64,000 nucleotides of DNA from Octopus sinensis (GCF_006345805.1 NC_043012.1:40362001-40426000), one strand, 5' to 3'. Shown: positions 26,431-39,952, numbered from the stretch's first letter. The notes: generated from the letters alone by a model not told the origin. A program made the numbers and translations.

Positions 26431-26800
26431 ATATATTTAAATGTAAGATTTTTCTCTATAACTCTATCAAAAAAAAAAAAGAAAAAGAAATTTCAAAAAT
26501 TGAAAAAGTGGAAGCATGTCTGTGTGTGTGTGTGTGTTTAAATGTAAGATTTTTCTCTGCAATTCTAGTAAGGAAAAAAAAAAGGAAAAGAAATTACAAA
26601 AATTGAATAAGTGGAAGTGTGTATGTGCATGTGTACATGTGTGTGTGTGTGTGTGTGTTTGTCTGTGCATGTGTATGTGTGTGAGCAGTGTGTGTGTATT
26701 TGTGTGTGTGTGTGTGCAGTTATATATTTTCAAATATAAGATTTTTGTCTACAATTCTACCAAAAACAAAAAGAATTTCAAAATTTGAATAAGAAGTGTG
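26431..26800. repeat. Three copies of an ~80-bp AT-rich core separated by (GT)n spacers
   Basis: aaat(g/a)taagatttt...aaaa(a)ttgaa(a/t)aag repeated near 26438, 26539 and 26731. Confidence 0.8.
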
Positions 26801-27569
26801 TGTGTGTGCTTGTGTGTGTGTGTGTGTGTGTGTGTGCTTGTGTGTGTGTGTGTGTGTACATGCCTGTTTCATTGTGTGTGTATATATGTAGGTATATGTA
26901 TATGATACGATCTAATGTGTGTGTAAGTCTTATTTGGAGTAGGACTGAACAGTCTAGAAATAGAAGAATTAGTTTGAAGGAAGGGAAATATATTCTGAGA
27001 CAAAGAAGGACAGAGGAAGAGAGAGAGGGGGGAAGGGGTTGAGAGAAAGAATGAGTGAGTGAGAGAGAGAGAGGGAGAGAGTGTGTGCGTGCGTGTGTGT
27101 GTGTGTGTGTGTGTGTTGATTTATTAGACTCAATTAAACAGTCAAAATGGCTTACATTTGTTAATTCATGGCATTTTGTGTGTGTTTTAATGTGTCTGTT
27201 ACATTGAATTACATGTGTGTGTGTGTAAATGGAAGTGTGTGCGTGTGTGTGTATTTGTGTCCAGGAATGTATGTGTGTATGCCTGTGAATGTATGCCTCA
27301 ATATAGGAGCATGTGTGTGTTTGTGTGTAAGAGAATGTGTGCATGAATGTATGTGTGTGAGGGGACATATACACGTTTGCATTTGTGTGTGTGTGCACGT
27401 GTGTGTATGTGTGTGTGTTTGAGTATGAATGTATTTATATCTAAGAATATATTTGTGTCTGCGCATTCGACATACGACCATTTGTTCTTTCCAGACATCA
27501 AAACGTGATTTGACAAGAACTTAGCTGTTATATTTAGCAGATCCAGCTACTTTGTTCATCTTTTATCGT

Positions 27570-27955
27570 TTACTTCTTTCATTCATAACATTGTGGCCAT
27601 GCTGGGGCACTGCTTAGAAGAATTTTTAGTCGACTGAACCAACCCCAGTGCTTCTATATCTTTTTAAAAGCCTGGTGCTTATTCTATCAATCTTTTTTAC
27701 TGAACTGCTATGTTACAGGGGAGGGGGATAAACACACAAACACCGGTTGTAAGGTGGTGGTGGTAGGGTGTTGAACACAGACACAAACACACACGTGACA
27801 GGCTTCTTTCAGTTTCCATATACCAAATCCACACCCAAGGTTTTGGTCTGCTCAAGGCTATAAAAGAAGACACTTGCCCAGGGTGCCACACAGTGGGACT
27901 GAACCTAGAACCTGGTGGTTGGGAAGCAAAAGTCTTGCCACACCACCACACTGCA
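27570..27955 (-). mobile_element. SINE family A
   Basis: Matches the family consensus. Confidence 0.8.
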
Positions 27956-27974
27956 TATTTTATATATATATTAA

Positions 27975-28400
27975 TAGCTGTCTATAAAGGAGAAGAAAAT
28001 GGATATAATAACAGTGGGAGACTTGTGGTTTTCGCTGGTATGTCTTTAATTAATTAGATAACGAAGAAGGGAGAAGCAGAGATGAGGGTAGCATTTAGGA
28101 TTGTTTCAATTTACTGGTTTAAGTAAATCTCTTCAGAATGCGAATATAGATAAGATGCGAAAATAATTGATACATATGTGATGGTAAAGTGTTCTTACAT
28201 TAAATTTTGTTCTTGCACTGGTAAATTTACTGGGTAGAGGTTTGCTTGTGGTAGACTGGTTAGTTTCGTTGGGTAATTAGGGCAGGGTGAGTATTATTTA
28301 GGTGCGGGTTTCCTAGTTTAATTAAGCACATTTTTTCGCACGTGTGTATTCAATTTTCTATCTTTTATGTATATTAATAGCAGTTTATATTTTCCCAATA
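27975..28400 (-). mobile_element. Probable 3' end/pLTR fragment of a Penelope-like element
   Basis: The minus-strand peptide remnant CEKMCLIKLGNPHL resembles the E..I...L.P.LN end of GIY-YIG endonucleases. It is followed by an AT-rich UTR and a hammerhead motif. Confidence 0.45.
28091..28141 (-). ncRNA. Minimal type I hammerhead motif in a probable Penelope pLTR
   Basis: Minus strand GCAUU-CUGAAGA-GAUUUAC uuaaacca GUAAAUU-GAA-ACAAUCCU-A/AAUGC: perfect 5-bp stem I and 7-bp stem II; stem III reduced to one A-U pair. Confidence 0.65.
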
Positions 28401-28415
28401 TATTTACTTTAATAT

Positions 28416-28628
28416 GGCGGCGAGCTGGCAGAAATGCTAGCATGCCGGGCGAAATGCTTAGCAATATTTCACCTGTCTTTACGTTCTGAGTTCAAATTCC
28501 ACCGAGGTCAACTTTGACTTTCATCCTTTCAGGGTTGATAAATTAAGTACCAGTTGCGCACTGGAGTCAATCTAATCGACTGGCCCCCTCCCCAAAAATT
28601 TTGGGCCTTGTGCCTAAAGGAGAAGAGA
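28416..28628 (+). mobile_element. SINE family B
   Basis: Full length. Further copies at 30695-30905 (+), 39215-39420 (-), 40057-40270 (+) and 56515-56640 (+). Confidence 0.88.
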
Positions 28629-28932
28629 ATATATTTACTTTAATTATTCACCCTAAACCTCACAATGGGATCCAATGATTGCAGCTTCATAACCTTTCTT
28701 CCAACACGGATATTCAATATTTAGTAACCCTGCCACGAGGTAAGCAACGAAACTGGCCCTTTATATTGAAAATGAAAGTAAATATATTCTCTATCATTGG
28801 TTTTCAAGCAGTGATCCACGCAGGGTAACAGGGTACCCTAGGGAGAATTAAAGGACCCTAAAGAAATATAAAACTGTAAACCAATTCAGAAGAAGTGACT
28901 GCAATACTTGAGTGTTGCCAACAATGTTATTA

Positions 28933-29161
28933 CTCTTTTACATGTTTCAGTCATTTGACTGTGGCCATGCTGGAGCACCGCCTTTAGTTGAACAAATCGA
29001 GAACCAGGACTTATTTCTTTGTAAGCCTAGTACTTATTCTATCGGTCTCTTTTGCGGAACTGCTAAGTTATGGGGATGTAAACATACCACCAGTGGTTGT
29101 CAAGCAATGGTATGGGGGGGGGGGGGGCAAACACAGACACACAAAGACATACATACATACA

Positions 29162-29197
<36 letters not shown>

Positions 29198-29350
29198 CGA
29201 CAGGCTTCCATCAGTTTCTGTCTACCAAATCCACTCACAAGGCTTTTGTCTGCCCGAAGTTATAGTAGAAGACACTTGCTCAAGATGCCACGCAGTGGGA
29301 CTGAACCCAGAACCATGTGGTTAAGAAGCAAACTTTATACACACACACAG
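28933..29350 (-). mobile_element. SINE family A
   Basis: Matches the family consensus. Confidence 0.88.
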
Positions 29351-29732
29351 CTTGAATTCATGCACTTCTTATCTCTTTCCATCTCTTTTCTCTCACACAC
29401 ACCCAAGGGGCTTCTTACCATTTCTGTTCACCAAATCCACTTACAAAGTTTTTTTGTCAACCCAGAGTTGTAAGAGATGACACTTGTCCAAATTGCAAAG
29501 CAGTGTGATTGCACACAAACACGTTTGTGTGCACTGTCTTTGCATCTGTTTGTGTATAGAGAGAGAGAGAGAGAGAGAGACCTTGCAACTAACCCTATGT
29601 TCATTCTGCACATGCCCTCCATGTCACTTTGCAGTATGGCAAACGTGTCACTTTACAACGTGTTGAAAACTGTACAAGGTGACATTTGAATATATGTGTG
29701 TATATATTTATATACATATATGTTGATTACTT

Positions 29733-29775
<43 letters not shown>

Positions 29776-30431
29776 TACTCATAATTTAAATCCTCTCTTT
29801 CACACACACACACACACTTCTCTCCTTCCATTAGCAGTCTCTGCTTATTGTAGACATGTCTAGTCTGTTAAGGCTATTTTAAACACTGTTTCTTTCCCAC
29901 CAATAACTAAAAGCGTTTTAACATTAATGAATTCTCACAATTAAATACAGTAAATGCGAGAAGAAACTATATTAATTAAAAATAAAACAAATTTTAAAAA
30001 AACCTACTGACTCATTCCCCTACTCTGATATAAGATGGCTGTGTGGGACAGGAGTACCTCAATTACTTGATAGAATTAGGCAAGGGTACCCCAACCAGCC
30101 TGTAGTGCAAGAGAAGAGTACCACATGTCAGCAGTGTAGAATAGGAGTATCCTAAGCTGGTAGAGTCAGAGAGGAGTGCTACACAATGGAGGGATCAGGC
30201 AAGAGTATATGTTAGTTGGGTCAGAGAGGAGTACCACAAGTTGGTAGTTGGAGTACCACAAACTGGGTTAAACAAGAGTAACACAGTTTGAACAGTCATG
30301 TATAGTGAGAGCCACTGTGTTGTTGTTGTTATTAGGGCATCCAACTGGCAGAATGGTTGGCATGTCAGACAACATGCCTAGTGGTATTTCTTCCAACTCT
30401 TTCCATTCTAAGTTCAAATCCTCCTGAGGTC

Positions 30432-30663
30432 AACTTTGCCTTTCATCTTTCCACGCCTCTGATGTTATCCAAGGGAAAGGCAAAGGGGCCGATACAGCTT
30501 GGCACCAGTGACATCGCAACACATTTCTACAGCTGAGTTAACTGGAGTAACATGAAATAAAGTGTCTTGCTCAAGAACACAACACACAGCCCAGTCTGGG
30601 ATTTGAACTCACAACCTTACAATCGTAAGCTTGATGCTCTAACCACTGAGCCATGCACCTTCA
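30432..30663 (-). mobile_element. tRNA-derived SINE family F
   Basis: Head gtgaaggtgcatggctcagtggttagagc...gagttcaaatccc, body gtgttcttgagcaagacac. Related pieces at 2501-2712, 25775-26125 and 47205-47335. Confidence 0.8.
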
Positions 30664-31487
30664 CTCTATTATTATTACTATCATCATAATTATTAAGGTG
30701 GCAGTCTGGTAGAACCATTAGCGTGTGGGACAAAATGCTAAGCAGCATTCTGTCCGTCTTTATGTTCTGAGTTCAAATTCCACTGAGGTTGACTTTGCCT
30801 TTCATCCTTTTGGGGTCGGTTGATGAAATAAGTATCAGTTGAGCGCTGGGGTCAGGTGTCATCAACTGTCCCCCTTCCCAAAAGTTGCAAGACTTGTGCT
30901 TAAAGTGGTAGTAGTAGTAGTAGCAGCAGCAGTAGTACTGCTGCTGCTGCATATCTCTGCCACCACCACCACCACTACTTTTATTATGAACACCAGCAAC
31001 AATAGCAACAGCCACAACAATGGCATTTTGGAATGTTGTCTGTTTGACAGAAATGCGTCAGGACTTGCCTGGGCTTGGTTCCTTGTTGATATAAAAAATC
31101 TTAGAAACAGACTTGAAAGGACATCAAAGTATTAAGCAGGTTGACCATTGAAGAACTTGGCATTGGCGGCGGCGGCGGCAGTGGACAGACAAGTCTGGAC
31201 AACATGATTCATAAATCAATATTTAGTGACAAACCCCTAACCCCTCACCTGACAGTATCAAGGGTTTTTATCTGAAGCTGTTGTTTAGCCCCAGGATATT
31301 AGTGAACCAGCAGATCTATAAACAAAGGCATTCCAGATGAGACCATCCTGGTTTTGCTTTGATTTTCGTTTGGTTTGAAAATAGCATATTCCAGACAACA
31401 TTATCCAGTGTGTCATTTAAGGGAGACTTGGCTGTTATTTCTAGCAGGTCATGCGACTGTATAAAGGCACTTCTTTTATCTTTCGTC

Positions 31488-31850
31488 TTTTATTTGTTTC
31501 ACACATTAAGCTGTGACCAGGCTGGAGCACTAGCTAGGAGAGTTTTAATCAAACTAACTGACCCCTGTATTTATTTTTTAAAAGCCTGGTACTTATTATT
31601 CTATCAGTCTCTTTTGCTGAACTACAAAGTTACAGGGATGTAAACAAACCAACACTAGTTGCCAAATAGTGGCAAGGGACAAACGCATACACATATGACG
31701 GGCTTCTTTCAGTTTCCATCTACCAAATCCACTCACAAGGCTTTGGTCAACACAAGGATATAGAAGAAGACATTTTCCCAAGGTGCCATGCAGTGGGACT
31801 GAACCCAGAACCATGTGGTTGGGAAGCAAACTTCTTACCACACAGCCATG
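31488..31850 (-). mobile_element. SINE family A
   Basis: Matches the family consensus; very short internal microsatellite. Confidence 0.85.
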
Positions 31851-32935
31851 TTATTTAACTCCAGGACAACACTGAGCAGACTCACAAGCAAGAGTGTTCC
31901 AGCCATGACCATCCTGTACAACAGGGGACTACATTCTCTAACATGTCTTTCTGGCAGGGTTTGGTTTGAGGGAGATTTCACTGCTATTTCTAGTAAGTTG
32001 GTTCAGATATGAAGATGCTGTCATCGTCAGCTCTGACTGAGCAGCCTTACAATCAGAGGAGCTCCACACATGGCAACCCCATCTTTCATACAGCAAACCA
32101 AGGACAACATTGTCTTGTGTGTGTGAGTGCATGATTTGAAGGAGGTTTCCCTGCTATTTCCAGTAGATCCACAGACCACATAGAAGCACCCTTGGGTGGC
32201 TGGCTGTGGTATCAGTGTCAAGCAATCAGTTCCTTTATGTGTGTGTGCAAGTTTTTATATATGTATATAAGTGTATGCAGATATGTGTGCGTATGTGTAT
32301 GTAGGATGCTTAAAATATCTCCTTACCACCTAGGGGTCTGTTTAGGTTGCTTCCCTGTATGAAACCTGATATTACCAAAGACAACAAAAAGGGGTGTAGT
32401 AGTATATATATGCCTTCTGGGTGGAAGCTGGACAGAAAAATGATAGCAAAAGAGAGCAGGCGGAGGGGAGAAGAGAGAGAGAGGGGGAGGAAAAAGGGTG
32501 GATGTTAGGTGAGACCTCCACCCCATCCTAACTCATCCCCATCGTTTTCAGAAATTCCATTCTTGTTAGGAATGGCAGAAGGTTTTCTGTCTAGCAAAGG
32601 GCATAGAGTGGAGGATAACAAGACAGGGGCAGAAAGGGTTTGGAATGGTGGTGGTGGAGGGGTGAGGACTAGTGTATCAGTAGGGTGCCAAAATAATGGC
32701 TGTGGTGGTGGAGGTGGAGGTGGTGATGGTGAGTTGGAAGGTGTGGTGCATATCAAAGTACAAGAGGTAAATACTATAAGAGAACATCTCGTGGTTGAGA
32801 CCCCAACAGCTGAAGGTACAACAGATTCATGCAGAAAAAGGTGTTTATGTTGGCAACAGACCCCGAAAATAGCAAAGATAAAAAGAAATAATAATAATAA
32901 TAATAATAATATAATAATAATAATAATGATAATAA

Positions 32936-34095
32936 TTCTTTCTACTGGAAGCACAAGGCCTCAAATTTGGGGGAAGGTATTAAGTCAGTTACATCGACCC
33001 CAGTGTGTAACTGGTACTTATTCAATCAAACCCCGAAAAGATGAAAGGCAAAGTCGACCTCAGCGGGATTTGAACTCAGAATGTAAAGACAGATGAAATA
33101 GCTCTAAAATCTTTTCTATTATAGGCACAATGCCTGAAATTTGAGGGGAGTGGGGCAGTCAAATAGATTGACTCCAGTACAGAACTGGTACTTAATCTAT
33201 CGACCCCCAAAAGGATGAAAGGTGAAGTCGATCTCAGCGGGATTTGAACTCAGAACGTAGCGACAGGTGAAATACTGCTAAGCATTTTGCCTGGCTTGCT
33301 AACGATTCTGCCAGCTCACCACCTTAATAATAATAATAATAATAATAATATTCGTGTCTGCTATCGGCACAAGGCCTGAAATTTAGGGGCAGGAGGCTAA
33401 TCGATTACATCAACCCCATTTCTCTTTTTTGTTGACCCCAAAAGGATGAAAGGCAAAGTCGACATTGCTTGTTGTGTTAACGATTCTGCCAGCTCGTTGC
33501 CTTTATAAATAACCCTTTTTACTATAGACACAAGGCCTGAAATTTTGTGAGGAACAGCTAGTTAATTACATTGACCCCAGTGTTTAATTGGTACTTAATT
33601 TTATCGACCCTGAAAGGATGGAAGGCAAATTCGACCTCAGTGGAATTTGAACTCAGAACATCAGGGTGCTAACAATTCTGCCAGTTCACTGCCTCAATAA
33701 TGAATATAATGATAATTTCTGATTTCGGAAAAAGGTGTCTTGAGGGGAGAGAGTTAGTTGAGACCATCAACCTGAGTACATGGTATTTCCTTTTATTAAC
33801 CCCAGAGGGACAGAAACAAAGTTGGCCTTGGTGGGATTTGAACTCTGATTGTAAAAAGCCAGAAGAAATAACACAAGGCATTTTACCAATGGTCCAATCA
33901 TTCTGCCACAGCATCACTTTAAGAATAATCGCTTCTGATTTAGGTCCAGTAGTTCTGATTGGAGCTGGTTTAGTCAATATCATCAACCCCAGTATTTCAC
34001 TGGTATTCTATTTTATCAACCGCCTCCAAACGGATGAATGGCAAAGCTGACTTCATTGGGAATTGAACTCAAAACGTAAAGAGCTGGAACAAATC
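32936..34095 (-). mobile_element. Chain of about six same-orientation family B SINEs, partly separated by (TAA)n
   Basis: Copies at ~32936-33100, 33110-33325, 33355-33503, 33510-33695, 33720-33920 and 33930-34095. Confidence 0.85.
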
Positions 34096-34917
34096 TGACT
34101 CAGTAATGGTGCTGGTGTCACAAGGGCAATGACTGGTAAACGTTACAGAAACATGGTGGGGGGGGAGGGTGTCTTCCATTGAGTGAAAATGAAAGAAAGA
34201 TTAAAAACAAAATGTAAAAACAACATACAAGATGAAATCAAAAACTATCAAAAGATAAAAAATAATATCTAATGCGCGTATAATAAATAAACATGTTACT
34301 GCAGGAGGAATTTCAAACCCACCCTTAATTAAATATTGAAAAAATAAATAAAAGGGGGGAAAACACCCTATCCCCAATCCCCAACCCTTTTCAAAGAAGA
34401 TTGGTAAAATATAAGAGATGTTTACAGACATTTCTCATTCCTGTCTAAACTCGTTTCTAAGACTAACAGTTTCCTTTGTTTTTTAACCCCTTAGGGATTA
34501 CATATGAACCGGAGTCATTGGGGTTTGTAAAGGGTAGAGAAAAACCCTGAGGAGGGTCGCTAGAAACCCAGAAGGACTAAAAACAAGACCTGTCTAAAGA
34601 ATGGATAGGACTCAGTGCAGGGTCAATGGTTATCTAGCATTGCTAGCTAGCATGGGCCTTCAGATGTTCCAGTCTGGAGCCTGACATATGGGAAGACCAC
34701 TGGGAGTGAGCCACCTTATTAGCTTTTGTTAAAGCATGTCTCTAGAACCTGTTTCAAACCCAGGTTAAGTCTCCTCTGATAATTGGCAGTGACTTGGTCA
34801 GTGAATTCTTCGTGATGAGCAACTACAGATCACACGACACCAAAGTGTGTATGTATGTGACCAGGGGCCACATCACATGCAAACTTGTATTCCTGCTGAA
34901 ACCCCAAACATGAATTA

Positions 34918-35078
34918 CCATATTTTAACATTTATAAGGAACCCTTTTTTGTCAAAAATTAGGTTAAAAAATATGGGAGTTTCTTATGCATGGATAGTAT
35001 TATAATACCTTTCAAAACCTTTTTTCAAAATTTTAACCCCCCAAAATTTGGGGATTCCTTATACATGTTAAAATACGG
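34918..35078. mobile_element. Tc1/mariner-superfamily (pogo/Tc2-like) MITE, 161 bp
   Basis: TIRs ccatattttaacatttataaggaaccc / gggattccttatacatgttaaaatacgg, flanked by a TA TSD on both sides. Confidence 0.85.
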
Positions 35079-35561
35079 TACTCGTGGGCTGGAGATGGCT
35101 CAACCCAACCCAGGTGAAAGCTGCCACAAGAACAAGAAAATAAATATATGAAGTACTGAAGAACCCCAGGCCTTGGGGTGCATAAAGGTATTGGCTGCTG
35201 TTTGGAGGTAGGCATAGTCAACCCTTTTTTGAGAAGCAGGCAGGCATGAGACATGACTCATCATGTGGCAGGTTGCATTATTTAAAAAAAAGTCAAAGTA
35301 ATTTCTTTGTTTAGGTGTGTCATCTGGAAAGTCCTGCAGGTTGCAATTTGCTTATGTGTGGCCTAGGGTATACAGTGTGAGACAAATGACAAGTTATAAA
35401 GGTGTTTTTCAGGGTACAAGGTCAACCTATTATTCAGGATACTGAATGTGCACTACTTTGAGTACAAGGGTGTATTCAACATACTAGACATCAACCATTA
35501 GAGTATATACACAGGGTACTGGGCAAATGTCAATCATAAGGGTGTTATACAAAGGCTAAGA

Positions 35562-35608
35562 CTGTATCTACCCTAATGACTCAAATGTAGTCATTAGGGT
35601 AGATACAG
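35562..35608. other. Perfect 20-bp inverted repeat with a 7-nt loop
   Basis: ctgtatctaccctaatgact-caaatgt-agtcattagggtagatacag. Confidence 0.95.
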
Positions 35609-37467
35609 GGTGGATAACAAATCAAGAGTACTGGATAACAGTAATTCAGGCATGTACAGGTTACTACACATATCTTGAGTCAGTAGTGTGGAAGTAGGGT
35701 ATTGAACTGTCAGTTGTTATGGTGACTGGGTATATGTGACAGGGTGTTGGTGGTAGTGGAGGTGGTGGGTAGTGAGGAGCTGAGTTTGATAAATGCAGTA
35801 GTAGTAGTAGTAGTATTGGAGGGAAGAGGAGGTGGTGTAGAAGAGTAATAGAGAAGGTAGGGCAACTGGAACCACAGGGTTTTGGTAACTAAGATGTTAC
35901 TGTCAACAGAGTAGAGAGAATGAGGAGATGAAAATATGGGGAGAAGGAGGAGTAACTTTGAGAACAAATGACCTGAAAGTTCATACACACATCACAAACT
36001 CCCTAGGGCTCAGTTAATCACTAACCCTAAATCTCAAAATAACATATAAATAGCAAGAGATCACTAAGCGGAATAAATCCTATGAAAATAGCCAAACAGT
36101 GCTTCTATAAGAAAGAATGTAACAGTTACCATAGTGAGGAAATTCAAACAGGATGGTCATGGCATGTGGAACACACAGACAAATAGCTACCATGAATCAT
36201 ATGCCTTTGTATCCAGCTCACGTTTAATCCTTTGTCAATTATAATGATTACTTATTCACATTGTTTTGAATTAATTATGCAATATCTTATAGCTTTGAGG
36301 TTTCAATGATGTGATTGTTTATTTTTAGAATGACATTGCAGGGTAGGTGTGAGAAGCTGGATATGGCTAGTTTGGACATAAAATAGGTAGAATATTGGAT
36401 CTAGATGTGACTGGTTGCAATACTAAATTCTCTTAAAAATACTCTAAAATGGGTGATGCCAAGAGAAAAAGCTGAACACAGAATAATTTCCAAGCCAATT
36501 GAATTTAACCCTTTAGCATATCCAGTCCAAATATTCTACATGTTTTATATTCAAACTGATCGGATCTGACCTATCACACCTATCTTACACTGTCATCCTA
36601 AAAATAAACAATTACACCTTTGAAATCTTGAAGCAGCGATATGATGCATGATTAATACAAGACAACCTGAAAAGCATTATGTCTGACAGATTGGCCTTGG
36701 CAGATGAAGAAACACAAACTGATTAATCCCGACTTTATTTCTAATGTCTATCTGTCCATTTTATCCTCAAACGAATATTTGATTCTGCCTCTTTGTCTTT
36801 CTCTTGCTGTCTTACTCTACCCTTCTCCACATGATTTAACATGAAGACAATAAGTTGAAATAACTTGAATATATAATTTGTAAATAAACAATGAATTAAC
36901 TAAATGATACTCTACACTGATGAAGCACAAACATACAGAAACGGCCTGTTTATAGATACAGTGAAAATATGAAATTTTAAATATAACTGTTTAAACATAA
37001 TATTTTGAGTTATTTGAAAAAAGAAAAAGAGAAAAAAACGAAATAAAAAGAGCTATTTTTCACTTCTGTACATATTTCCATTTCTTACACAGGAAGAAAA
37101 AGTGAATTATACAACGAACACACTACTTCTTTAAGAAATAAACATTGTAGCAGCTGCCACCAAAATAAGAGAAATTCAAATGTTTAACAATGATCTTGGC
37201 ATATGGAATAAAGAAACAAATTGTTGTGATGAATCTACATGAAAAACACCATCTGCTGGCAGCTAGCCTTTAGGAGACAGACAGACAGACAAATAGCTGG
37301 TAACCAAAAGACAAGTCGAAGCATGAAATAATGTCCATACCAGTTCGAAACAACAGATATATGAGTAAAAAGTAACTAAAAATGGTTAGTAGTAATGGGG
37401 TGGTGTTAAGGGGTGGTGGTGAAGTTGTAATATTATGTATATTATATAAATATATGTATGTGTATGC

Positions 37468-37500
<33 letters not shown>

Positions 37501-37600
37501 TATATATATATACTAAAAATGGTAAGTAGTGATATATAAGCAAATGGTAATGGTAGTGAAGTAGCAGTATTATGTGAATATATATATATATATATATATT

Positions 37601-37637
<37 letters not shown>

Positions 37638-38045
37638 GCTGTGTGTGTATATATCTGCTGTGTATATATTTACACAGATGTATAAGACATAAGCAACAGA
37701 CACCCTAGAATCTAATCTCCACTACAAAGCAAGACAAACTAAAAATGGTAAATAGTGAAAGAAATATAGGACGGTGGTGGTGGTGGTGGTGGTGTGGTGG
37801 TTGTGTTGGTGGTTGTGTTGATGGTGGTAGTAGAGGTAATGTTAGTGGAGTGGTGGTGATGGTTTTAGCACTGGTTTTTGGCGTTAGGCAGTAGTGTTCA
37901 TGGTAATAGTGGTAGGGGTGGTAGTAGAAGTATTGCTGGGAATTGTATTGGTGATACTAATAGTTGTAGTAGTGTTGGTTGTAGTAGTAGTAGTAGTACA
38001 AGTGTTGGCAGTAGTGAAGAGGCTCTTCTGCTTATAAATACCCTG

Positions 38046-38324
38046 CACATTCTAAACATGTCAGTCAACACATTCCAAACACACTGACACCTTCTGGACA
38101 TTCCAACACCTTCCAAATGTAACAATGACTTCCAAACACACCAAGAACTTCCAAACATGCCGACACCTCCTAAACACACTGAAGCCTTCCAGACACACTG
38201 AAGCCTTCCAAACACACCGATGCCTTCCAAACACACCAACATTTTCCAGACATACTGATGCCTTCCAGACACACCTTCCAAACATACTGACATCTTCCAA
38301 ACACACCGATGCCTTCCAAACACA
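38046..38324. repeat. 19-bp minisatellite (ACACACYGATGCCTTCCAR), about 14 degenerate copies
   Basis: TTCCAR recurs every 19 nt with occasional shortened units. Confidence 0.88.
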
Positions 38325-38532
38325 TTGAATAAAGAATTAATAAAGGATTAACACATTGAATAAAGAATTCTTAAGAACACTGAAAATAAACAGCAAAAAT
38401 GTTAGGAGAGGTAATGGAGTTGACCGTTATCAGCAGATGTTAAAACTTAGCTGCTATAATGTAATTACATAAAAGATAATGGTGTTAAATACCCTAATTT
38501 AAGATGAAGGCACTGACAGGTACTGTGTACAG

Positions 38533-39054
38533 CAGGGGTGGGGACCCCCCCCCCCCCCACCGCAAGCCCATTTTATTATGCCCGTAGGCTGGTATACACA
38601 TATGTACAAAATATAGTAAATTTTTCAATTATGAAATTTATACAACATTCGTATGCCTATTTGCGACAATAGGTCGCGTTTCCACTATGACTTAAAACGG
38701 TTAGACTTGAACAGAAAACCATCCAGTAATTGCCATTTGGATGGAAACTTTGATTTTACAATAAAACCCATATTGCTAGGTTTGTACCACCCGCTTCGGT
38801 CCCAACTATACTCTAGCTGAAAGATATAGAATACTGCATAAGTAATATAAGTGTCCAAATTCAGTGGTGGCATTAATGAATTTGTTATGTGTAAATTTAA
38901 TGTGTTAAACTTATCTTTATTAATGTACATCGAATTAATATACAGATATATACAAGATTTAAACAGATATAAGAGTTAGTACTTGTGATCCACTCGCAGA
39001 CCTTTTTCTTTGAAAATTTTAGCCCACCATACTAAAGAGTTTCCTCACCCTCCG
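38533..39054. mobile_element. hAT-type MITE
   Basis: Starts caggggtgggga and ends gtttcctcaccctccg (imperfect TIR). Flanks gtgtacag / gtgcagag form a partial TSD. Confidence 0.5.
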
Positions 39055-39952
39055 GTGCAGAGGAAACAGTAATACAATCACCCACTTGGCAAGTAAAGCA
39101 ACAGTTCCACGCTAATGGAACCCATCTGGGCAACCATTCCTCTTTTCTGATTCAAACTGAGTCTTATAATCTCCAATACCATTTTGTATTATAAATGATA
39201 AAAGTTAATTTCTTATTTCCAACATAGGTACAAGGCTTGACGTTTGAGGGGAGGGGCACAGTCAATTAGATTAACTACTGATAGTTTGTTTTATCAACTC
39301 TGAAAGGACGAAAGCCAAGCTGACTTCATTGGAATTTGAACACAGAATGTAAGGAACCAAAACAAATACTGTAAGATATTTTTGTCTACAGTTCTAATGA
39401 TTCAGCCAATCAACAGCCTTAAAAGCAGTTAATTAATTTATTCATAATTAAAAGTGATAATTGCTAAATTTCTGAACATGGATTTTTTAATGACTTTGGA
39501 TTTATATTCGGAAATTTAAATCGTATCTTTTATATTAATTATGAATTAATTTATATATCGTGTGCATTTTAGTTTGTCACGAGAACAGATTAAAAGGGTC
39601 ACATCATGAAGAGCATCTAACAGCAGAACCCTATTTTTAAAACAGTCAAATCAACCCATACCAGCCTAAGAGGGGAGACAGTAAAGTGATGATGATGATC
39701 ATCATCATCATCATTTTGTGTCTATTTTCCATGCTGGCATGGGTTGGATGGTTTGACAAGGTCTGATGAGCTGCAGGGTTGCATCAGGCCCCAATACACA
39801 GTTTCTACAACTGGATGCCCTTGCTTAATACCAATATATATGGGTTGGAGGGGTTACCACAGTTTGAATTCTTGTTAGACTTAGCGACATTCTTGATGGG
39901 GCGGTGGACTACATCTCATCTGATCATTCCATTTTTGTACATATGCATGTGT

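Noticed and set aside
26431-26800. CRISPR-like repeat/spacer appearance
   Set aside because: Eukaryotic intron, ~80-bp diverged cores, spacers are (GT)n, and no cas genes.
30030-30295. Loose GAGTACC-containing periodicity (similar loose AGGGTA repeats at 35400-35700)
   Set aside because: Too degenerate to define a unit by eye, and no coding or structural signal.
30919-30948. (CAG)n/(CTG)n hairpin
   Set aside because: Simple-repeat junction, common in this microsatellite-rich DNA.
32509-33096. 195-aa plus-strand ORF
   Set aside because: GGT/TAA low-complexity sequence running into an antisense SINE B; no domain and no convincing splice sites.
36914-36949. Plus-strand CTGATGA...GAAACGGCC hammerhead-like string
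   Set aside because: No stem II pairing and U16.1 is missing; could be chance or a heavily decayed copy.
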